A stretch of DNA of 64,000 nucleotides, from positions 15,128,001-15,192,000 of the forward strand of contig JAQFVV010000001.1 in assembly GCA_028023455.1 (NCBI GenBank), given 5' to 3'. Source of the DNA: Epiperipatus broadwayi. Its lineage: Eukaryota; Animalia; Onychophora. Shown piece by piece: positions 54,401 through 64,000 of the stretch. How positions within the stretch are numbered: the first letter of the stretch is position 1; each line of letters begins with the position of its first letter. The notes below the pieces were generated by a model that saw only the letters and a program-made list of their open reading frames with translations, did not search any database and had not been told where the DNA came from. A program made the position numbers and the translations under genes.

Positions 54401-55758
54401 TCAACAATATTATCCAAATAAATGTTTATGATTCACGCTATTTTCAACTTTGTTTCATCTAAAACTTCCAGCATTTAATAAAATTTAATAATGGTTAAGT
54501 TCAGAGTTATTCGGTCATCCATACTTATACACTTTTGTGATAAATAATTATCAAATATTAAGTCATGCATTCTATCACTCACTTATAGCTGTGAATGATA
54601 AGGTAATTTAGTATACATAGCTATTCTAATAATGTAAAGTGTTATAATGAATAATTTTTCTGTTTCAGCCTTATTTTACACAATAAAAATAGAAAACTTA
54701 TTAAATGAGAGTCAATAAAACATTTCATTAAACAGTTCAGCATAACTTTTCCAATTATTATCATTATCGTTAATTTATGTATTTCCAGTATCACACTATT
54801 TATTATAAATAAGTTATAGCAAAATTGTATTAAAATTTTTTTTATATAATATCCATGCATTTTGAATAAAAGTAAATTCAAACTGTTAATCGATAAAAGC
54901 CAGAGCTGGTGTACCTTTAAAAGTTTAGCCTTCCATATCGAACAATCCTGCCCTGTTTCCTTCACAATTACACATAGGTATTAATGCTTGAGTAGTATGA
55001 GAGAAGTTTATTTGGTAAAGGGAATAGTAGAGAATTTAATGAAAATATTAGGTTCACTTGTGTTATTATATAAATTATCTCTACTTTATTTTTACTGCTT
55101 TTTTTTTTCTTTTTTTTTTTAGAAAAGCCTTTCACCATCTCTAAAACTTTTCTTTTGTCTACTTATCCATGCCCTTTTTGTTTTTACTTATAATGAGGCC
55201 AAAAATATGCAAAAATTTATTACTTGTAAAAAAAATATGTTAGGTATAGAGTTTTGAAAAAAAAAAATATTAAATTACAAATACTAACTAATAATAAATG
55301 AAATAAATAACTTTTACACTTTCAAATGAAAGATCTTATGCAATAAATAATTAATAAAAAAATCATACTAACTGATGGGGTGTGTATGCATCTGTCTATG
55401 ACTGAGCTATTAGCAATATCTATGGCAAAATAAATAATGTTATTGCAAGATGAATACTCTGAGTAATAATTAGAAATATGAATGAGGTGTGAAGCGTGGA
55501 ATTATGTGAATGAACATGCACCCACATATACAAGTTAGATCTTGGAATGGCAATAAACAATGGATTATAAAATTAATGAATAAGCACTCATCATGGCCTT
55601 ATAGACAAACAATACTCATTCCCTAGTTTAACTTTCATACCAACAACTGATACAATTCATTCCCCTCTCCCATTATTAGATATACATAAAAAAATTTTAA
55701 TGGTTGGTACACCCAACTAACATCCTAGAACTTTTCAACCAAATTGTACATTAAGTTA

Positions 55759-55864
55759 TATCACGATTCATTTTTTTATTAAATACCCCTGACCACTGTT
55801 GGCACAATGTACATATCACAATTCATTTTTTATTAAGTACCCCTGACCACTGTTGGCACAATGT
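55759..55864. repeat. Tandem duplication of about 55 bp
   Basis: tatcac.attcattttttattaa.tacccctgaccactgttggcacaatgt x2. Confidence 0.85.
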
Positions 55865-56129
55865 GAACTTCCCACATTCCTTCAAGGTGCCAATCTGGAA
55901 GGTCACAATCCTTATGAAAAAAAATGAATTGGCCAAGCAACCCAAACATTATTAGTATAGCAAACTTCATACTAAGGTTAGTTTTTGATGGAAAATTGTG
56001 CTTATGAAACAGGCTCATCAATCTCCCATTAATTATTGTTTTTTGCTGGGTATGGAATTAAACTGTATTATAAGTACCTTGTGTTCTTTCAGGTGTAGAG
56101 ATTAAAATGCATTCTTTCCCATGCCTCAC

Positions 56130-56490
56130 TTTCTCATGGGGACCTTCATATAGACCAAAGTGAGGAACATATCATTGACATCCTTATTAGTTTAATGCTC
56201 CAGGCTTCTTGACAGTGGTCTCATCTCTTTTAAAGATTCTTATCCCACTTGTGGATGGTATGTTACCATCATCCTTCCTCCCTATAAATGAGTGAGGATT
56301 ATAATATGGCCTACTTCTAGTTTGAGGCCTATACCATACCTACTCCTACTCCTAATCTCTCTATTTTGATTCCAATGTGGCCTACCTAGGATATTGATAC
56401 TACTTACATTTGGAGTATTTTCTCTATTAATTTTAGCCCTACGATCTTCTCTTTGATCAGCAATCTCTACAGAAATCCAAGACATTTACC
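56130..56490 (-). pseudogene. RTE-type LINE 3' fragment
   Basis: ILGRPHWNQNREIRSRS..LKLEVGHII resembles the RTE IRNEEIR...KW.WAGHI region. Confidence 0.55.
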
Positions 56491-57879
56491 ACCCTTCAAT
56501 TGTCTGCCAGTCTGACACTATAAGAACTTGTTTGACATGTCATGGCAAATTGTGGTGCAATATCCTAACTATTTGCTGTTCAGACAGGGGATACATAGTA
56601 AGAGTTTTCTGTTTTATAGCTTGTTTTCTAAAGAACCAGGTAAAACTACCCTTAAGGTAACTACCTTTCTTGTGAAACCTGATATCTTAAGTTGTCCTGA
56701 TTATCTTCAGAGCTATCTAGTAAAAGGTATTTAAAGTTCCCATAGCTACATGGCTTTTCAAATAATGACTGCCACCATTTCCTGGATTCAGGCTGGAAAA
56801 GTTGCATGATTCCAGTGGCTGTTAGCACTGTATGGCCTTTATTAACAAATGCATGAGAAGGCTGACTGAGAATTGATTAACTGATTGAATGAACTCAACT
56901 GATTGATCAATGAAAAACTGGACTATTTATGTAATGACCTGTTGTCACTTTGTTAGTTGGTTTTATGTCTGCCAGCTATATCTGTTGTTAAAATTTCTCC
57001 ACTGTTTTTGATTGCATTCCTTTGATAAGATGTTAATCCTGTTATCAGTTGGTAGCCATTGCCAAATTCCATTGTTTGTGAATTTTTAATTAGTAGCCAT
57101 TGCAATCTGTTTTAAAACACTTTTATTTATTTTCTAATATTTAATATGCACAAAGTTATTTTATCAACAAGCACACATTTTGCTATATTTAAAATTGACT
57201 CATCATTTATGCACATATATATTTCTAAAATCAACTCATTATAAATAAGAGATATTTTTAAATTTATTTAAAATATTTATATTTTAAGTTTTTAGTTTCA
57301 ACTTTTCTTTCTTTTTTTCTTTAATGTTTTAAATGAAAAGAGAGGACCTTTAATTTCTTAAAAAAAGATTTATTCTTGACCTGTCATACCATTTTATTTA
57401 TCTTTTAAAATTTTAAGTTGATTCCCTCCCCCTTTCAATCAATCTTTAATCTTTTAGTTTTAATGTTTCTAAAGCAAACCCTCTCCTCCTTCTTCTACCC
57501 CTTCTAACTAAGTAATTGTACTTTTATTGATAATAACTCTTTAGATTTTTAGAAATCTATTTATTTCAAATGAAATGTTTTTTTACTCTTTTATGGATAA
57601 ATTATTCTGCAATACTCTTATTATTTATTATCAATTTTAAACTTTACATTGTTTTATGAGATTTTTTTTATTTTTTAATAATTGTAAACACAATTTTAAC
57701 AAGTGCTGCTCAGTAGTGTTCCAATATATATTTCAAGGGTCCACAACAAATATTGAAAATAAAATATTTATCTTTTTTATTATTATTATAAAAATAAATT
57801 ACATAAAAGTACAACAATTAATTGTAATTAAAATAAATTTAATAATTTAAACTAAATAAAATAAAAGTGGGTTATGCAT

Positions 57880-58620
57880 GTCGGCAGGCTAAAATTCCTA
57901 ATGACTTGCAAGATTGCCACAAATACATCTTTGTGCAGTCGTCACCACATAAATTCCACTAAATAGGAATCCATGTGTTGTCACATGGTTCCTTGGTGCT
58001 TTGTTTCACCATTTGGCCTGACCCCATAATCTTTTTTTTATGTTTCGCATATGCAAGCATGTATATTGATTCACAAATTATATGTGCTTTACCTTCAAAT
58101 GTTCAAACCTAGCATTAGAATAATTCATCAGTTTTATACTTCTTCCAACAATCAGAATAAATAATAAATCCATTGGCAACATTTTGTTTCATAGCATCCA
58201 CAAGAAATGCTATTCTACCTGGAACAGTTACAAAAAGTACTCACCAGTCTCTCAGCATAAGCCATCAAATAATCACCATTGTGTAAGTATTCTCCCCTGT
58301 TAGTGTTTTCATTTGCTCAGAAGAATTTCATCAATTTTGACTATTTTGTTAAGCTCTCCAATTTTGCATGAGGATCTAGATAAAATGCTATAGATGCAAA
58401 CCCCTCACAGGCAATTGTTCCAATCAATAACTATTTTGTCAGACAAATCTAACCACTCTTTTCTCCATTCAATGGTCATTAATTCTCTACACCAAATATA
58501 AATAAATCTGAGTGTGGTAAGAACAAAATTTTGGAGTACTCTAACCATGTTCTTTTCCAAATGAATATTTTGTAACAAGTTTTCAGGTTGCATTGCCACT
58601 GTGTGTCTGTTTGCAGTAAA
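57880..58620 (-). pseudogene. Merlin transposase pseudogene
   Basis: VIDWNNCL*GVC...KIGELNKIVKIDE..SK*KH*QGRILTQW*LFDGLC*ETGEYF...YSDCWKKY...RLWGQAKW*NK, in Merlin DDE motif order. Confidence 0.85.
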
Positions 58621-59051
58621 TTTTTATATTGTGTCGATAGACTTTTAAGAAGAGCGGGAATTCATACCTTTGGAAATACTCTACTGCATGGTTTTCTGTC
58701 AATAGATTGAAAATACCAAATTTTAATCATTTTGCAAAAATGTTTTTGAAAAAGCAAAAATGCTGAATATACAATTGTACCACAACAATTGTATGCTGAA
58801 TGTAAAAAAAATCACATATATAAAATTAATTAAATTTTACAAATAAAATTTATGATCGATTTATTAATATTTTTTAAACTTAACAAATAACACATGTTCT
58901 ATAAAATAATGTTGAGAAAAAAAGATAAACAAATACTTATAGACCCCTAAAAATGTATAATTAAAAAAACATGGCAATAACAATCACTTATAAGTATAAT
59001 AAAAAGAAATAAAATAGACCAAAATATCATGATAAAAGAAACAAATTGGAA

Positions 59052-59159
59052 TTTTATTTATAAATTTGAATTTGTTTCAATAAGTAACAAAAAATTAGCA
59101 ATTTGAATTAATAATTGATCATGGATTATTTTGAAACAAATTCAAATTTATAAATAAAA
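59052..59159. repeat. Perfect 29-bp inverted repeat with 50-bp spacer
   Basis: ttttatttataaatttgaatttgtttcaa (59052-59080) / ttgaaacaaattcaaatttataaataaaa (59131-59159). Confidence 0.9.
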
Positions 59160-59781
59160 CATATTTTTCCATTTGTTTTATTTTTTGTTTCGTGATTTTT
59201 AATTGATGTTGATTAATAAGCGTGTAGTTACAAATTATTTGAAATGGATATGAAAAGTTTGAAGGTGGACAGTTAGAAGATGTTGAACATATTTTTTAAT
59301 AAATATTTTTTGATAAATGCTAACATTTGGGACAGAATATATTTTGCTAGTAGAGATAACAGACTAAAACAGTCTGCTATACTATAAGAGGGAAGTCATC
59401 ATCTCGCAGCATGTGGTTTATCAGTCTTCCTTACTGAAATCCATATAGCAAAATATATTTTATTATTGTAAATACAATTATGAAATGGGCAAATGCATTT
59501 GTGATTCATGCTTTAATATGTGTGGCTAGGCTTTCAGCAAATGTTTATTTCTGCCCTAACATGCAGCTCCATAAATAAGAAAGTTGTTGAGATTCAGCCC
59601 TAGCCTAAAAAAAAAAGATGATCATTGTGATTTGAAGAAACATATTTTTAAATTGAAATAGCTTTTGTTGACTTCGTCCAAAATTATAGCTGTTAATAAA
59701 TTATGAAAGAAACATACCAATGCTGACCAGCCAAAATAAGGAAAAACAAGGATGATTAAGAAAAATCAAGGATTATTAGAC

Positions 59782-60401
59782 AGTATAAAATATAAAATGC
59801 TCTAAAATGCATAAACATACAAAGTTGAAGACAAAGAAATATTAATACTGATTGATACAAACTAAATGTGTGTATCTAGGTATGTGGCTAAGTGCTTTCA
59901 AGGGCTAGGGTCTCATATTCATAGCCATCTTGTGAATAAATAAATTAAGAGTGATGCAAATGACATAGTTACATATTCCATTTCCTGGAGATCTTATAAC
60001 AAGAGTCTTTTCTGTTTATCGTTTATCAAGTTGTTATCCCTAGCGATAAAGTAAGCTTTTATCTTTCCCTTGAGATCGTGCTGCTCTCTGCAAATAGCCA
60101 CTGGGTCTTTAGGTTGGCAATCATGACCAGTTGAGCTGTTGTGCTATGTGAAAACTGAACTACAAGAAGTGTCTGATATGCTTTATTATAGGAGTATGCG
60201 TGTTCTGATAGCCGAGTGGGCATCGCTCTTAATCAATTTATTTATTCACAAAATGGCTATGAATATGAGACCCTGACCCTCGAAAGCACTTAGCCACATA
60301 CCTAAATACATATATTTAGTTTGTATCAATCTGTATTAATATATTTCTCTGTCTTCAGCTTTGTGTGTTAAAGCACTTTAGCACATTTTATATTTTATAC
60401 T
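59782..60401. mobile_element. Foldback-like element: imperfect inverted arms of about 180 bp around a spacer of about 260 bp
   Basis: 59782-59957 and 60220-60401 are reverse complements (for example gtatgtggctaagtgcttt / aaagcacttagccacatac). Confidence 0.8.
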
Positions 60402-61019
60402 TTGAAATAATTAGCCACAAAGTCTAAACTCTTTGCTCATTTCAAGGATTATTAGAGTGATTTTTTTTCTATGCCACCCCAACAAAAAGAAAAACTACAG
60501 GTAAATAAATCAACTTTTCCCTATTTTCCAGCTGAAATAAGGAAACTTAGGATAAACCAACAATCATTTATTAACAGCCTAGATAAATAAGACCATTTTG
60601 CATATGTTATATGTAATAACAGTTTGTTAATATCATATGCTCTTGAACTAACATCTTTATTTTTATTATAGTTAATATATATAATAGGATATAAAAAGGG
60701 GTCAATTTATAATGGTATATAATGCTTAGTTGTATTATTTATATGATAAACTATTTTATGAATTCATGTGTTTATATATCTTTTAGCTCTGAAGAAGACT
60801 GTGGGTCAATTAAAATTTTCAAACTGATTAAGTTAAATAAACAAGCATTGTTATAGTAATAAAGTAGATGTGTTTAATTGTTTATAATTTTATCAATGCA
60901 TATAAAATGATATAAAGTGAAAGAAAGAATATAATACAGTCATGACAATCGATCAATGATAATCAATCAAAATAATTCTAACTTTGTTAGCATGAAATTT
61001 ACATAGATATATTTATAAT

Positions 61020-61250
61020 ATTTAAATACATGTATAGTATATATACTTTTTAAGCTAGATGTAATTAGAGGGAATTTGAACCCAAACTTTTAGTCTCCTT
61101 TTAGTCATCCACTTCATCTTATACAACTGATACACATGATCATATATATGTAAAAAAGATAAATGATCTCCAATATACATATTTTGTGTTGAACCAGTAC
61201 TCATCATTTGGTCTGTATCATCATCTCCCACCTATATATATATATGAAAA
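61020..61250 (-). mobile_element. Family C partial monomer with decayed HHR (61170-61212)
   Basis: ACCAA AUGAUGA GUACU-GGUUC-AACAC AAAAU AUGU AUA / UUGG; homologous to 62592-62810 and 20629-20890. Confidence 0.8.
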
Positions 61251-61297
61251 ACAAAAACAAGTTTTATATACGTAAAAACCTGCTATCGCTTGTATTA

Positions 61298-61605
61298 ATG
61301 ATCAATAGATGGAGCTTTACCAAGACCTCCAAACAAGCGTATTTGTTTACATAAACGTCAGAGTCAATATTCACTGTCTCTTTCATTTTGCTCCACCCTC
61401 AGATCAGCTGATTTCAAGCTGATTTGCTCTCAACACTTGGAGTTAATATTTAGGTCCTATCCCTCACTGATGAGAGCAAATCAGCTTGAAATCAGCTGAT
61501 CTGAGGGTGGAGCAAAATGAAAGAGACAGTGAATATTGACTCTGACGTTTATGTAAACAAATACGCTTGTTTGGAGGTCTTGGTAAAGCTCCATCTATTG
61601 ATCAT
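61298..61605. mobile_element. Family F: perfect 135-bp inverted repeat with 38-bp spacer
   Basis: Arms 61298-61432 and 61471-61605 match with no mismatch or indel by eye. (TA)n tracts flank the insertion (about 61235-61246 and 61605-61616). Confidence 0.95.
61461..61507 (+). ncRNA. Intact type I hammerhead ribozyme (family F)
   Basis: CCCUCA CUGAUGA GAGC-AAAUCA-GCUU GAAA U CAGCUG AUC / UGAGGG. 6-bp stem I, 4-bp stem II, palindrome AUCAGCUGAU, predicted cleavage after C61501. Confidence 0.9.
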
Positions 61606-61709
61606 ATATATATATAACCAAATGCCTAACACTATACTAGCAAAAATAAAAATGCAAAACCATAAAACAATACAATACTAGATTAAATTCAAAATTTTTA
61701 CCAAAATCC

Positions 61710-61758
61710 TTTCACAACCATGGTTTCATCTACTACAAATAGACCTTCTCAAGTGAAA
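61710..61758 (-). ncRNA. Type I hammerhead ribozyme, U3-A8 variant (family E)
   Basis: UUUCAC UUGAGAA G GUCUAUU-UGU-AGUAGAU GAAA C CAUG GUU / GUGAAA. Palindrome AACCAUGGUU. Confidence 0.82.
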
Positions 61759-62017
61759 ATATAAACAGTGCTTGGTTTATATTAAGATAGCAAATCTTCA
61801 AACTTTAATGGATAGGTTTTAATCTCCACTTTGTAACTCTTCAGCCATCCATATCATTGAAAATCTAATGATGGCATGTTCAAAGCCCCTGTTTGACAAT
61901 TTTGTTGTCATACACATGTTGACCATAAGTCATTATGACTCCTCATATGTAGGACTTTAAATCCATTTAAATACACAGAAGAGAGATGGTCAGAATACAG
62001 ACTGAATTATTTAAATA

Positions 62018-62589
62018 ACTAAACACCATATGATCACCACTTCTTATACTAGCACGTGTTATTAAAACAGGCAAAACTCTCCATACAGTAGTGCCACTCA
62101 GTTCCAACTAGAGTAATCAATGGATGCCAGAAGGCTTGAGCATAAAATTCCATCTGGCATCCATTGATTATTATGGTTGTTTAGTGGTTTAACACCAATC
62201 CTGTTTAATAGGATATTGGTGGCTATGGTTGTTAAAGAGCCAATGACATTAAAATATATGGGTACTAAATTGAGCTCAGATCTATATGACTATATAAGCT
62301 ATTGAGCTTAGATTGAAAATATTGTGTTTTTAAATTTTATTCTCATAATTTTGTAGTTAAGTAGAGATAAAATGTGGCTGCTGGGGGGTTGCATTAGATC
62401 CTAAGATCTAGGTGCAGTGCTCTAAGATCCAAAGCTCCTCACTGATGAAGGCCACATGCTAGGAATTAGTCTGGGGATATTGGATGAGTAGGTACTCGAT
62501 GAGGATTTTATGCACAAACCTTCTGGTATCCATTGCTTACTCTGGTTGGCAGAGTGAAACTACTGTATGGAGTTTTGCCTGTTTTAATA
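62018..62589. mobile_element. Family A locus (short minus piece plus near-full plus monomer); HHR at 62436-62477
   Basis: UCCUCA CUGAUGA AGGC-CACAU-GCUA GGAAU UA GUC / UGGGGA (GAAA mutated). The opposite orientations mimic TIRs of about 95 bp. Confidence 0.85.
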
Positions 62590-62945
62590 TTTAAGTACAA
62601 GTATAGTATATATACTTTTTAAAGCTAGATGAAGTTAGAGGAGATTTGACCCCAGACTTTCAAGCTCCCTTTAATCATTAACTTCATCTTATAAAACTGA
62701 TATACATGACCACATACATGCAAAAATGATAAATGATCTCTAATGTAATACTTTGTGCTGAACCAGCATTTATCAGTTGGTCCAGATCATCTCTCACACA
62801 TATATGTAATTCGCACTTGGTTTATATTAAGATAGTAAATCTTCGAACTTTAATTGACACACTTCAATATTCTCCACTCTCCAAATCTTCAGCGATCCAT
62901 ATCATTTAAAATATGATGCTGGTATGTTCAAAGTGCTTGTTTAAC

Positions 62946-63310
62946 AATTTTGTTGTCATAATGTTGACCATGACTCCTCACAAACTGAACCTTAATCATT
63001 TAAATACAAGTATAATATATATACTTTTTAAGCTAGATGTAATTATATGGGATTTGAACCCAGACTTTCAAGCTCCCTTTATTCATCCATCTTATATAAT
63101 CAATACCCATGCCCACATACATGTTAAATTTTGTTGTCATAATGTTGACCATGACTCCTCACAAACTGAACCTTAATCATTTAAATACAAGTATAATATA
63201 TATACTTTTTAAGCTAGATGTAATTATATGGGATTTGAACCCAGACTTTCAAGCTCCCTTTATTCATCCATCTTATATAATCAATACCCATGCCCACATA
63301 CATGTTAAAT
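62946..63310. repeat. Perfect 181-bp tandem duplication inside family C
   Basis: 62946-63126 is repeated at 63127-63307 with no differences seen. Confidence 0.92.
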
Positions 63311-64000
63311 AAATGATCTTTAATATATGTATTTTGTCTATAACAAGTATATGGAGTTTAGCCATATGACACTATTACCCTATTTCCAGGTTTATAAGTT
63401 AACTATATATATTTTGCACTATCATCCTCTCATTACCAATCACAGAAGTATTTTTAATTATCTTTAAATTCATTAATTCTAACATTCTGAAATTATCTTG
63501 TCAGATCTGTTTACTCATATTATTTTTAATACTATTATTATTCATATAATTTAATATTAATTTTTCTTTTGCTTTTGAATGCACAAGTATAATAAAGAGA
63601 TCACTTTCTCATCTTTATATCATAAACAGAGTGCACTTTCAGTGATGACCACCATAATCAGACATAGCACACCTATTTTTACTCTAGACAATCAATATCT
63701 TTTACTCAATATACTTTTTAAACTTCAGTGGTGCTCTACAAAGACTTTTTCAGAGTTATCACTAGCCAGAGGTCTCCTCTACTTTGATGATCATTTTACT
63801 TTCTCTTGAATTTTCTTCTTAATGCTTTCTTTCTTTAGATACTTCTTCCAATTTGTTTGGCCAATCATCTTCGATGGTAGAATTACTCTCTTAAACCAAC
63901 ATGGAGGACATTTGATCTGTATTTGTCACTATTTTGATGAACCTTTTCACCTTTGCTTCTTAGATAGTTTATGTGTCTGTATATCTTATCACTGTCATTT

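Larger units (their letters stand above)
61768..63320 (-). mobile_element. Family C tandem array (monomer about 430 bp) split by a family A insertion; decayed HHR at 62740-62781
   Basis: g.(a/g)cttggtttatattaagatag starts a unit at about 61768 and again at about 62812. The unit is broken at atttaaatac (about 61966) and resumes at atttaagtac (about 62589). Confidence 0.8.

Noticed and set aside
60030-60046. I-SceI / rRNA-like TAGGGATAACA (minus)
   Set aside because: Short match with no flanking rRNA similarity.
60785-60830. Hammerhead-like CUGAAGA A GAC-UGUGG-GUC
   Set aside because: Only a 3-bp stem II, followed by AAUU rather than GAAA; insufficient.
62050-62589. Family A as a MITE with TIRs of about 95 bp
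   Set aside because: The apparent TIRs are two oppositely oriented pieces of one circularly permuted monomer, and the switch points differ at every locus.

Overview
Very AT-rich eukaryotic (animal, probably invertebrate) DNA that looks intronic or intergenic and is dominated by decayed transposons. Recognisable elements: four or five LINE remnants, one Penelope-like element (PLE) with RT and GIY-YIG domains, an internally deleted Ty3/gypsy element, two Merlin transposase relics, a piggyBac relic, two pogo/Tigger-type MITEs and one unclassified TIR element. Two or three small minus-strand exons (11.5-18.9 kb) point to an unidentified host gene. The main signal is not protein-coding. By eye I find more than a dozen minimal type I hammerhead ribozyme (HHR) motifs, about five intact or nearly intact, in at least five unrelated sequence families, most with a different palindromic stem III. 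Two families (A, about 445 bp; C, about 430 bp) behave as circularly permuted non-coding monomers. All five family A loci contain an orientation switch. A very young insertion (F) is a perfect 135-bp inverted repeat carrying an intact HHR. Four families are nested at 61.0-63.3 kb. This looks like a set of PLE-dependent, retrozyme-like (possibly circRNA) non-autonomous retroelements. All alignments and folds were done by eye, and no activity is demonstrated.
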